From Azolla caroliniana (lineage: Eukaryota > Plantae > Polypodiophyta): 36,560 nucleotides of DNA. The stretch is taken from NCBI GenBank assembly GCA_043228905.1, contig JBHGNT010000307.1:1-36560 (forward strand), given 5' to 3'. Under the pieces are notes generated by a model. The model made no database searches. It saw nothing but the letters and a program-made list of their open reading frames with translations, and was not told the DNA's origin. Position 1 is the first letter of the stretch; each line of letters begins with the position of its first letter. The position numbers and the translations under genes were made by a program. This document shows positions 11,671 through 23,365 of this stretch, piece by piece.

Positions 11671-12915
11671 TTGTTTCTCGAGACAAGGAAGGCAAGCGTG
11701 CAGGACACATGCAAGCAAGTGATTTGGAAATGATATCATCCAAACGCCCATCAAGCCAAAACATGTTCCTAAGAGTAACAAAAGCTTTGTTTTCCTCCCG
11801 CAATATGGGTAGCATATCTATTTATTTAGTGTTATTTATGACCTTTCTTCCCTCACTAATAACTAATCTCTCATCTCCAATCTTACATTTTGTCCGATCC
11901 AATGAGTTTTTATAGGGCCTTAATTCATGTCCACCACAGACGATTGCATGCACACATTCTTTTACCTATCATGATAACATATTTCTCATGTGCCCTCATC
12001 GTTTTTTGTGTGCCAATGCCATGTTATCTATATAATCAAACAAAGTCTTTTACTTCATAGGCCTATTATTCCACTCAAGTTTATTTCGTTTATGAACTCA
12101 TGTTTTTGTATGTGTGTCCAATGATCTTATACCACATCAAAGACAAACAATCCAAAACCTCCAAAGCTATATCTCGCATTCCATGTAGAAGCCTTTCAAG
12201 CATTTGCATGCCAAAACTCAATGTCAACAACTACATTCTATGATCTCAAAATGTTATTGTGAAAAAAAAGACACAACATCACATCATCAACTTGGATCTG
12301 CATCTGGGCACTCAGGTTAAACATAACCTTACTTCATTTTCAACACTAGAGGGTTCGAAAGCACGTGTTCAGTTCATAAAGCAATCACAAAATCAAATCA
12401 TCAACACAAACCTCACAAAAAACGTTATTGCATTTTGCGACACTAATGATACCGTGTTCATGCCGTCGACAAACATGGATATTATCCATCGAATCCGATA
12501 GCCTAACTTGACATTTATTTATTTTTACTTGGTGGGGCGGATGGGATTCACGAGCATATATGTCCATGATCCATCGGGCATTGGTTGACGCAAGGCAGGC
12601 AGGGGACGCATGAAACCTCATTGGCGTGGGCAGGTGGGCGATCAACGATCTCTCCTCTTGATGACAACAGGGAAGGAGGTCCGCAAGTTAAAGCAAAGTG
12701 TTTTGCAGTGCCGAATTTGTGTTCACGTACCGACCGCCTTGGTCTGACTGGTGGGCCTGAGTCTGTGTTCAGGAAGGATGTCAGCGAGCGAAAAGCGAAT
12801 GGGTTCTGCAGTGCCGAATCTATAGTCACGTGTCGACCGCCTGGCCTGACCGGGGCCGAGTGTGTGTTCTGGTGATCCATCCAGTGAACTCCCATTGGCC
12901 AAGGAAAGGATATGG

Positions 12916-12947
<32 letters not shown>

Positions 12948-12952
12948 ACTCA
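12916..12952. repeat. (CT)n / (CACT)n microsatellite, likely in the 5' UTR of the downstream gene
   Basis: Direct reading; ~100-140 bp upstream of ATG 13054. Confidence 0.85.
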
Positions 12953-13053
12953 CTTCATAAGGTATGGTATGAACAAAATCGCCCAGAAAGGAGGATCAGG
13001 AAGAAAATATCTATCCATCTTTTCTCCTCTCTCTCCTTCGCCCCTGTGCAGCC

Positions 13054-13887
13054 ATGGCTTCCATAGAAAGCTTCACAACCATAGTAGCTGCAACAGACAA
13101 CAACAGCATGCAAGCTCAGCTACAACAGAGGCGCCCTCTCTCAACCATATCTGCTTCATCTTCATCATTGTCTTTGTCTTCGTCGACTTCTTCTTCTTCT
13201 TCTTCGTCTTCTCGAGGTAGGCCATCTCTCTTCAAATCCTCCTTCCTTTCCTCGCTGAACACCTTGACCCAAGTCAGGAGTCATGGAAACAGTCCCAAGA
13301 GTAGTAGTTACAGTAGACATGGAAGGAAACCTTACCTGTTAAAGGCATCAAGGAGTGCCTTAATAGGGGAGGAGCCAGAATGGAGTGAAGATGACTATGT
13401 AGTACTAGGATTGGCACATTGTTTTGAGCAAGAAGAGGGAGGGAAGATCCAAGACCTATTCCTGATCGAGCCCGTGGGGGCAAGCTCCTTAGAATGTATG
13501 GATAATGGTGGGGCCACATCATACCTATATGTGACCGCGACCACATTGGGGAAGTCCCTCGCATATGACCTCTCGGTCTTGCCCCCCGAATTCTCGAAAG
13601 GCAAGTTTTGCGAGGATTTCGAGTTCCGGCTCAGGTGCACGGCCCGGACATGGAAGCGGGATCACGCGATGAAGAACCTGATGCGGCTCGCGCCCTCCGA
13701 TGGCTCCGTCCGCTCCGATTTCAACTTCTCTCTTGTCGACAAACGTATCGTCAACAAGGTCTACGAAGTCACCGATGCCGATAACATCAAGCAAGACTTG
13801 AGCATCGATGTGTATGGGAGGAAGCAAGACGAGGCCGCGGCTTCGGACGAATCTCCGGCTCAAGTCGCCAGTCTCTATAATGCGTAA
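13054..13887 (+). CDS. Intronless 277-aa protein: Ser-rich putative chloroplast transit peptide (~100 aa) plus conserved domain of unknown function resembling a cyanobacterial/algal hypothetical protein
   Basis: Uninterrupted ORF with GCCATGG start and an N-terminus rich in S/R and poor in acidic residues. The ordered C-terminal domain has motifs DDYVVLGLAHCF, LIEP, TSY, ARTWKR, RSDFNFS..KRIVN and DNIKQ, which I recall from cyanobacterial hypothetical proteins (not verified). Confidence 0.8.
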   Translation: MASIESFTTIVAATDNNSMQAQLQQRRPLSTISASSSSLSLSSSTSSSSSSSSRGRPSLFKSSFLSSLNTLTQVRSHGNSPKSSSYSRHGRKPYLLKASRSALIGEEPEWSEDDYVVLGLAHCFEQEEGGKIQDLFLIEPVGASSLECMDNGGATSYLYVTATTLGKSLAYDLSVLPPEFSKGKFCEDFEFRLRCTARTWKRDHAMKNLMRLAPSDGSVRSDFNFSLVDKRIVNKVYEVTDADNIKQDLSIDVYGRKQDEAAASDESPAQVASLYNA

Positions 13888-15408
13888 AAACTGCCCCCCC
13901 CACCCCCATTACCCATTACCCCTACTCAAATCTCTTTTTGGCTAGTCAATCTCTTTTCGGTCTCTCTTCTTGTTGGCCGCAAACTTTTTGATTTTATTCT
14001 AGGGAAGAGCCGTCATCGTCCTTCATCTATATGGATTTGTTCTCCTCATGGGGATACATGACATGTGTATGTGCTAAGTCAAGTTTCCAGAAAGCTCACG
14101 ATTTTTTGTTGTTGTTGCTTTTTCGAGTTTTTCCATACAAGAAGATTTTATTTTTCATTGTAGTAAAGACTTTTGATTCATTATGGTGGATGTTTGTTTC
14201 CATCTGCTTGCCATGTTAGGAACTTGATCTACATGTGTACATACCTACCTATCTACCAATTGGTCGTTTATTTTTTGTATGTTAGGATTTCATCGATGAA
14301 TGTATGTGATTGTTTGTTTGTGTAATCTGCATTGTCTGAGCTCGATGCCTCATGTAATGATATTTATTGTCTTTGCCATGGGCCAAAAAATAAAACTTAA
14401 TGATGAGTGGATTTGCTTGTTTCTGAAACTTGTGACAGCAAAACATTTCTTGAGCTTGTCATCATCATGTTTTGATATATATATATATTCCCCTGTAACC
14501 ATCTTGAAAGAGATTCTGTTTTCATAGTCAGAAGGCGTTATAATCATGTGGTAATTTTTAACTTCTTATTTACTATCTTTTTCTAACCTTCTGTTCTTTT
14601 CATAGTAAAGGATATTTTTTGAGCTTGTCTCATGATGCAGTAATACTCTTGTCTTTGCCATGCTCAAATGCTAAGAAATCAACCGGTTTTGTAGTATAGG
14701 ATTTACATTCGATTAGTGGATCTTAATTTTTCGAGAGGCATTTTGCTTTCTGTGATTCATTGTACTTAGATACCTACCTCCATAACTTGTTATGCATTTT
14801 GCTTTGTATGTTTCCTTTTGCTTGGGTACCTATCTCAGTAACTTGATATAAAATCTATTCATCATCCACATAGATATTGTGGATGTCAATGTATGTATGT
14901 GTTTGTTTGCGAGCTTGACATTGTTATAGCTTGTTGGCTCATGTAATTATATTTATCTTCTTTTCCATGCTCTAAGATTTTGTTTTCTTTGTGAAGGCTA
15001 TCGGATTCGAACCGATAACCTGTTTTTGATTCATAACAATGAACTAGTTTCCCACTTGCCATGCTGCAAACTTGACTTGCATGCAAATACAAACATACAT
15101 AGGTTGAGATTTTTAGGATATTCTTATCAACAGCCAACTAAGTGTGTCTTACAAATACACACTCTTTTATTGGACTTATCATCTTAGGTGCAAGAATCAC
15201 ACATCTTTTCGATTTTAAATTCAAGATGCTTTGCTCTTTTGCTTGTTAATACCATCATAAAGGGTGCGTCATCTAGTTGCAAAAATATGCACTCCTCTTA
15301 GTTCACCTTTGTTTGTTGGAACAAGTGTACAGACAAATGAAAGGAATGAAGGCACATAGAAAGAGTGCACAATATTAAGCAAACGCAAAAATAGTTTGCT
15401 AAACTTTG

Positions 15409-15854
15409 TTGTCCAAATGCTATTATATGCTATGTCCAAACCATATGAGGATAAATGATTTTTTTTATTGTGTTGATCTAACTAGCGACTCAAGAAGTTT
15501 AGCTATTTTGCTTACATCTACAAGACCAACAATTGTAAGGTATAACATATAAAGGTCATGAATCAATTTTGAAGGTGGACCTAACCACCAAACGCATAAA
15601 ACCTTTTAACTCCCTTATACGATGTCCACAATACTATTATATGTTATGCCCAAATCATAAAACATATGAGGATAAATGATCTTTTCTATCATTTTGATCT
15701 ACCTAGCAACTCAAGAAGTTTAGCTATTCTGTTTACATCTACAAGACCAACAACCGCAAGCCATAACATATAAAGGTCATGAATAAATTTCGAAGGCGGC
15801 CTTGACCCCTAACCACCAAATGCATAAAACCTTTTAACTCCCTCATATGATGTC
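15409..15854. repeat. Diverged tandem duplication, ~215-230 bp unit, 2 copies
   Basis: CATATGAGGATAAATGAT...CTCAAGAAGTTTAGCTATT...CATAAAACCTTTTAACTCCCT occurs twice (starting ~15442 and ~15663). Confidence 0.88.
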
Positions 15855-16729
15855 TTTGTTAAAGGCCTAAGTGGAAGGAAAACATGTCTGGTCTAAGAAA
15901 CAAATGGGCAAGAAAATTATGAATTTGGAGATGAGTGACTCATGTATTTTGGACATTTATGGGTCTAATGCATGACCAAATTGCTTATTGAATGAAACAT
16001 TGACAATTCACGCAATGTTCTCTATTCTAAACTACATTGCTTGCATATGGTACTTGACTAGGGGAGGCAATGTTAATGTTTGCAACACTTGGATTGTGCC
16101 AAGGTAGACAAATATTACACGAATGATGGGCTACATACTAAAGGAAGCTCAAATAGGACAAATAATTGAGTCACTCGAATTATGCAAAACTTGGGAAAAA
16201 CCATGTGCTCAATATGTATGGAATACACAAAGTATAGTTGATAATTGGGATTGTGTGAGGGGGTGACAACATTAGGAAGTGACATCTAGTTTGCCCTTGG
16301 TCCAAATGTAACAAAGATAGTATTTTCCTTAGAGAATGTTGTATTGGATGATGGAAATATGTAAATAATGCATTCTAGACACATTAATCACACCCATTTG
16401 GTCAAAGCCATGTAACATGATCCAATTTCCAAAGGTTAACGAAAAATAATACTTAAAATTTCGAGAAAAGATAGCTAATAGAAACTCTCGCCACAATGCA
16501 TTATGTATCTTTGGATATATTCAAGTCCCTTTGTAGTCATGGATAGGTTCTATACATATGTCATCACTTCTTGCTCTCTTAATGAATACACCAAACATAT
16601 AATATGATGTTTACAATAGGTTGGTTTTGCACCCTTGGGTTGTGGGACATGTATTTGCAAAGTTGTATTTGAGTAAGAAAGAGCACATTTTCATGTTATT
16701 TCAGAAGAAAAAACCATGAAGGTCTTGTG

Positions 16730-17060
16730 TAGGTATGGCTGATTCGGTCTTGTTGTAGCTCAATTTCTTGGCCTTGAACCAAACTGAACCAAACCATTTA
16801 TACATAACAAAAACCAAATCAGTTTAAGAATCACCAATCCATTCAAACCATACTACTTAGACCCAACGCAATTAAACCAAATGATTTAAGGAAAAGGTGA
16901 AACCAATCCAAGCCGTTTGAATCAAATTAATTATACATTTGAGTTGTAAAACAATTTGATAAACTGTTAAGCAGAAATATCAAGCCATTAAACTAGAAAA
17001 TTATATTGCTAAACCAAAAATTAAACCATTAAACTAGTTTTCACACATATATTATTAAAA
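16730..17060. mobile_element. Possible decayed hAT/MITE end with AAACC subterminal repeats
   Basis: TAGGTATGGC start followed by many AAACCA/AAACTG motifs; no partner TIR seen. Confidence 0.3.
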
Positions 17061-17168
17061 CCCCAAAAATTAAATACACACAAACTCCAACATCCAAACA
17101 TGAATGCCCGAGTGCCAACACTTGAAAGTTGAACACTTGAACACTTGAGCACCTAAACGTGAACATCC

Positions 17169-17447
17169 TGTTGGCATAAAAGGCCGACTCCTTCCAAATT
17201 GTATCCTTAAGTGTGAACACGTCCTCAAGTTAGGGCTTGAGTATATATAAGCTCAAATGTAACATTGTAGAGAGAGAGTGAGAGTTACAGAAGAGAATAA
17301 CAAGTTTCCATTAGAGCTTCATTTGAGTTCTCTTACTTCTCACATTCCTTCATATTGTGCACATTCTACTTCTTTGTCTTGTACATGTTGTTTGTCTGAC
17401 ATCATCTTGCAGGTCCTCAAATATTCTTCCACATATCACCTTCAACA
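17169..17447 (+). repeat. 5' LTR of copia B (279 bp)
   Basis: TGTTG/CAACA termini, internal TATATATAA, followed by the PBS. Confidence 0.85.
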
Positions 17448-17875
17448 TTTGGTATTAGAGTGACCTTGTTGACCAGTGGCAACGAACAGTAGAAAGCTGA
17501 AAAAAGAAAAGACCATGCCAACAAAACCTCACTTCCAAAATATGGCTTCTACATTCGGCACAAACGTGGAAATCCGGAAGTCCAACGGAAAGAACTTTGC
17601 TCTATGGAAGGAGATGATGCAGGATGTACTGATCATCCGACGTCAAATCGAGATACGACACAACAACAAGCCGACCTCGATCACAATAGACGAATGGTGC
17701 TCCCTGGACGAGATAGCCAGGTCTATCATTCGAATGCACCTGGCCAAAAACGTCTATTTCAACATGGCCAAGGAGATAACGACATTCTCTTTGTGGGAGA
17801 AACTTCAGGCCGTTTAGGAGAAGAAGTCTTCCTCGTCCTTGCCCTCATGCCGAGCTTGTCAGCGAGTTGGGAGGT

Positions 17876-17979
17876 TGTTACGGGATATTATATGGTCATG
17901 CCCGTAACATAATATCCTGTGGTGAGAATTTACCGTAGTATTCTATACACATGGATAAAGTATGGTCATGCATGTAACA
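17876..17979. mobile_element. 104-bp TG...CA insertion (very short solo-LTR/TRIM-like) with 5-bp TSD GAGGT
   Basis: TGTTAC...GTAACA termini; GAGGT at 17871-17875 and 17980-17984; removing it restores gag SWEVFCMTF. Confidence 0.85.
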
Positions 17980-20408
17980 GAGGTATTTTGCATGACATTT
18001 GCCAACAACTGTCCAAAATTGAATCTAGACGAAACGATCGGACAAGTCCTCAATGAGGATATTCGCCGAAAATTGATGGGTCTCACCATCAATGATTTAG
18101 TAGAAGCCCATCACTCGATTGAGTCCACGGAGAGAGCCAACCGAAGTCCCAATTGATTGAGAAGGAGGGATAATCGACAATGGTCGAAGTCGAGGAATAG
18201 TCGATCAAGTGTTTTCTACACCCATTGCCGAAACCCTGGTCACAATGTTTCCGATTGCTGGTCAATAAAAAGAAAGTAGAATGTTCGACGATTTGATCAA
18301 ACACAAGGACACTCCGATTCGAACCGTTCTATTGCTAGAAACCAAGTAAATGTTGCTGACTCCCGATCGAATGCACCTGGCTGAAAATGTCTATTTCAAC
18401 ATGGCCAAGGAGACAACGTGATTCTCTTTGTAGGAGAAGCTTTAGACCGTTTAGGAGAAGAAGTCTTCCTCGTCGAAATGCATATTGATTCGATAATGGT
18501 TCAATATGAAGACGAGAGAGACGGATTCGGCGACCTCCCACATTAACAAATTCAACCGAGTGTTGTCTGAGCTCTTCTCCCAAGGGATTAACTTCGAAGA
18601 AGTTATAGCCCTTGCCCTCATGTCGAGGATTCTGCACGACATTCGCCAACAATAGTCAAAAATTGAATCTGGACAAAACGATCGGACAAGTCCTCACTGA
18701 GGATATTCAACGAAAATCGATGGGTCTCACCATCGATGATTCAGGATAATCCCCTCACTCGACCAAGTTAGTAGAGAGAGCCAATTGAAGTCCCAACTAA
18801 TTGAGAAGAAGGGATAATCGGCAATGGTCAAAGTTGAGGAATAGTCGATCAAGTGTTTTCTGCACCAATTGTAGAAAGCTTGGTCACAATGTTTCCATCT
18901 TTTGGTCAATAAAAAGAAAAGAGAACGGTCAGTGATTTGATCGGACACAAGGACACTCCGATTCAAACCGTTCTACTACTAGCAACCAAGTAAATGTTGC
19001 CGACTCCCGATAAGGAGAAATCCTTTCTCTAGAGGACGCTACGATCAGAGAAGTCTTATATAGTGCACATTATGCATCAACATGGTTGTTGGACTCTGGT
19101 GTCACCTTTCACGTGACCTTGGATATCGAATGGTTTTCGAAATATTCGGTCGGAGCCGGCGGCATAGTTCGACTCAGAAATGGGCAAGAATGTGCAATAG
19201 CAGGGATTGGCGAGATCCCCATTCAATTACCAAACGACAATTCAATCATCTTGCACCAAGTATGGCATGTACTTGAGCTAAAAAGGAGCCTGATCTCCAT
19301 TGGCATGCTAGCTGAAGCCAAGTATCCAACGACTCTAAGTGAGTCATCATGGATGATCAACCGAGGAAATATGAAAATCGCATGCGAATACAGGTACAAC
19401 AACTTGTATCCGTTGATGGCGATAAGTTCAGATGGGGTTATGAATGTAGCCGATTTGTCATATGTCCCAAGCCGGACTCGACCAACTAATGATGATCGGC
19501 TACATCTTGAAGCTCTAGACAAAGACGGAATTCTGTGAGCATTGTCGTTACGGGGAAACATACTCGAAGTCCGCACTCTCTCCATTACAAGACGACAAGA
19601 AAACCCCTAGAATTGGTCCACAACGATACATGTGGGCCGATGCATGAAAGGTCACTAGGAGGCTCCCGATACTTCATCACGTTCGTAGATGATTGTACAC
19701 GGAAGGTTTGGGCTTACTCGATTAAGTCTAAAGATGAAGCACTCAAGGTCTTCTCTGGGTGGTTAGCTAAAGTGGAGTACCGATCATGACACTGATTGAA
19801 GACACTCCGATCCGACAACAGAGGTGAATACACCTCTCGAGCCTTCAAACAATACATGTCCAACAAAGGAATCCGACATCAGAAGAATGTTCCATATACT
19901 CCCATGTAGAATGGCATGGCAGAACAAATGAACAGGACAATCCAAGAGAGAGTGCCGATAGTGCTCAAGGAATCCAGACTAAAGCTAGAATTTTGGGCCG
20001 AAGATCTATCTTATAAATTTGTCGTCGTCAAGAGCAATCTGGCTCGAAGTGCCACATACACTATGGTCTGGCAAAACACCAACCTATGATAGGCTTCGAA
20101 TTTTCGGAAGTGAGGCCTACGCATTCATCCCTAGGGATAAAAGAACCAAGTTGGTGCCCCATGCACTTAAGTGCATATTTCTTAGCGGTGGCATAAACGG
20201 GAACTTTGGCCATTGGCTATGGGATCCGGAGAACCGGAAATTGATTCGGAGTAGCGACGTAGTCTTCAATGAAGACTCAATACTCTATGACCAAATCTAG
20301 ACAAAGAAAATCTATAAAAAGGTCTCATTTGACCTTGATAGATCGACTGTAGAAGGGCCGACCGACTGACTGAATCGACAATTTGACAAATAATCGAAGA
20401 CGACTGAG

Positions 20409-21035
20409 TGTTGAGTGGACAAGCTCAACAGAATTCGGATCGGTATTTGGGACGAAGAGCCGGATCGGTGTTCGGAATTGTGTCCTGCTCGGAACTGAGA
20501 AGCTCGATAGAAATAATTACGCATCTTGGTCATACAAGATGCACCAGTGCCTGTGCGGACACGGATACTGGAGTTATGTCGATGGAGTGAACGAAGTAGC
20601 GCTGGAGTCGGCACACAAGGACTTCCTAGCATGGGAACAAGGAGCGAGCAGGGTGTTGTATTGCCTCACATCATGTGTGCATGATCAGATGCTCAATTAC
20701 ATCAAAGACGCGAAGTTGCCGAAAGAAGTCTAGGAAAATCTGAAAAAGATTTTCACCACTAGTACGACAACTTGTAAGTTGCAGCTCCGACAAGAACTCA
20801 ACAACATCCGGCAAAGGGACATGTCGGTTACCGACTATACCATGAAGATAAAGAAGATCTGCGATGCACTAGGGTCCATCAACGTGAGGGTTGACGAAGA
20901 CGAGATGGTGCAGATCTGCCTCGGGGGTTTAGCGCAAAGTTACGAGCCTATCTAGATGGAAATTTGCACCCAGGAGAAGCCACCATCCTTCTTCGACTTG
21001 CAATCGATACTGATGGTCGAAGAAAACCACATGAG
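20409..21035 (+). mobile_element. Ty1/copia element C fragment (related to copia A): LTR start, deletion, then gag
   Basis: TGTTGAG...CTCAAC start resembles the copia A LTR start. The gag EKLDRNNYASWSYKMHQ...WEQGASRVLYCL is homologous to copia A gag and is cut at 21036 by chromovirus 1. Confidence 0.75.
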
Positions 21036-21495
21036 TGTTAGGAGTAGTACTGAGACAGAGAAGTACTATCAGGAACAATACTAAAACAGAGAAGGAATTA
21101 GTACTAAAAGATGAGGAATAGTACTAAGGGAGGTGTAGAACTCTCGAGAGAAGGAAAGAGTGAGTGAGAGAGAGAGAGATAGAGATAGAGAGAGAATGAG
21201 GATAACAAAAGATATATATTATGTTAAGGGAATATACAATAGTAGCTAGGAGGCTTAAGACTGGTGTTGAACCGATTTGGTTCGAAATAATGCCTTGTGC
21301 CTCCTTTTATAGTGTTCTCAGGAGTACTCCTGAAGTTTCTAGAATGTTCTAGAGAAATCTGGAATATACATCAATTTTCTATAGTAAAACTTAAATGAAA
21401 ATAATATTCTTCGTATTACAACATATAGTCTAATGGTCAAGAGCTCGACCCATGTAACATAAGGTCATGGGTTCGGGTCTTGCCATATCATGACA
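21036..21495 (-). repeat. 3' LTR of chromovirus 1 (460 bp)
   Basis: Minus strand TGTCA...TAACA directly after the PPT; TATAAAAG at 21311-21304. Confidence 0.85.
21419..21491 (+). other. tRNA-like / Pol III type-2 promoter cassette, antisense within the chromovirus 1 LTR
   Basis: A-box TAGTCTAATGG (21426-21436), AAGGTC variable-loop-like motif and B-box-like GGTTCGGGTCT (21470-21480). T8-T54 spacing is 46 nt as in tRNA, but the anticodon arm does not pair. Confidence 0.6.
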
Positions 21496-22715
21496 CTATC
21501 CCCCTTTTAAAATGACGAGTGTCACGAGTCGTTTTGGATTGAGGACCCAGTTTGTCTGGATATTGACGATGGAAGTCTTCAAGAAGAGCACGAGCATTGG
21601 TCACATTCTCTATTGGTTCCCAAGTATGCTCGTTGGGACTATATCCTAGCCAATCGACTAAATAGTAGAGCTTGTTGTGAACAATCTTGGAATCGAGGAT
21701 GGCGGCAACCTCGTACTCAGGTCCATCTTCAAGCTCGATCGGGGGTGGAGGTTGTTTAATACGACCTGGGATGGTGCTGTCTTGATAGGGTTTGAGGAGA
21801 GAACTATGAAACACCGAATGTATCCGATGTTGTGGAGGTAGGTCGAGACGAAAAGTGACATCATTAATTTTTCCGATAATACGGAAAGGACCTAATCGCC
21901 GGTAATCCAACTTCTCGCATGGGTGAGTAGTCTTGATGTGTCATCGTAGTAGCCACACTCGATCTCCAATGTCAAACTGGATGGAAACTGATGACGATCC
22001 GCGTAAACCTTGTGTGTTTGTTGAGATTGTTGTAGATGAGTAGATAAATCCGCTTGTATCTTACGTAGCCGCTCCAAACGATCTTCTGCACAAGGATTTG
22101 TAGGTAACTCTGGGGTTTCAAATACACACCACCGGGGGTAACAACTTGTGTAAGCAAAAAATGGTGTCACCTTTGTCGATGAGTGGACAGAGTTATTATA
22201 CGCAAATTTGGCAAAGTGGAGAATATTCGCCCAGTCACCTTGATGATAGCTTAAAAAGCACCGAAGATATTGCTCCAGCGTTTGATTTGTTCGTTCTGCT
22301 TGGCCATCTGCTTGCAGGTGGTAGCAGGAGGAGAGTTTACAAGTGACCTTAAGCATTTTAAGGAGGTGCTTCCAGAACTTCAAGACGAACTGGGGTCCAC
22401 GGTTGCTGATGATACTATCGAGAAGGCCATGATGCCGACATACTTCACGCATGACCATTTCGGCAGTTTCTTCACTAGAGATTTCCTTAGTACATGGTAG
22501 GAAATGGGCCCACCGAGCTGGACGTCGATTTAACACACGAGCATTCTGAAAGTAGGCAAGGTTTTTGTGATCACTGAATACGATGACTTGATGAGAAGAC
22601 CCCTCTAGAAAATGCCTCCATTGCGTAAAAGAGTCCACTATTGCTAATAACTCCTTATCATGAATTTCATAGTTGATTTCTGCGGCGTCAAACTTGCGTG
22701 AATGGAAAGCCACAG

Positions 22716-23365
22716 TGACAGGAACTGCACGCTCCCTATGCGCAACACTCGGCCACAACCGAGCTTAGAATCATACACAGAAAACGGGAAATGAAAGCAC
22801 GACACAATGGAGAGAGGAGTACACAGGATGTTAGCGTGGAAAAACCCAAACTAGGGAAAAAAAACCACGGCAGCCCACAGACTGCAAACTATCACTATAT
22901 CAGAATGTACAATAGTGAGCTCACGGAGGCAACGACCTCATGCTCACGATCTTCGCCACAGGCGGTGGTTACAACAGAGGCAACAACCTCTTCCTCTCTC
23001 TCTCTCTCTCTCTATACACTGTTACACGCTCTCAAGTCTTGCACCAGTTCAAGAATGACAACAACACTATTCTCTGTTTGCCCTAAGTCATATTTATACT
23101 AATATGACTTTTCGGCTATTTACAAATATAGCCCTGATGGACTCTCAGAGACATATTTACAAATATGTCCCTTCATTTGGTGAGCACTTCTCACTGGGCC
23201 TTCCCCATCCGGCTCTTGCCGGGTACTCCTCATCCGGTTCACACCGGGTCTTCCATAGCCGGGTACTCCTCATCCGGTTTCGGCCTCGGCCTATCGGCCT
23301 TGACCGAGTTTGCTCATCAGTACTGTTCTTCTCACTTCCCATTTGGAGGGACCTATTTCCTAACA
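22716..23365 (-). repeat. 3' LTR of copia D (650 bp)
   Basis: Matches 33147-33840 apart from substitutions and internal repeat/microsatellite length differences. Confidence 0.93.

Larger units (their letters stand above)
17169..20408 (+). mobile_element. Ty1/copia element B (Tnt1/Tork-like), 5' part; outermost layer of the nest
   Basis: LTR TGTTG...CAACA 17169-17447, PBS TGGTATTAGAG 17450-17460, gag (NGKNFALWKEMMQDVL), protease WLLDSGVTFH and integrase (LELVHNDTCGP..FVDDCTR; LIRSSDVVFNE). Degenerate. Confidence 0.88.

Noticed and set aside
15200-16700. Possible decayed Mutator-like transposase
   Set aside because: Coding-like texture, but no ORF or motif I can identify with confidence.
21419-21491. 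Functional tRNA gene
   Set aside because: Acceptor and anticodon stems do not pair and it lies inside an LTR; kept only as a tRNA-like promoter cassette.
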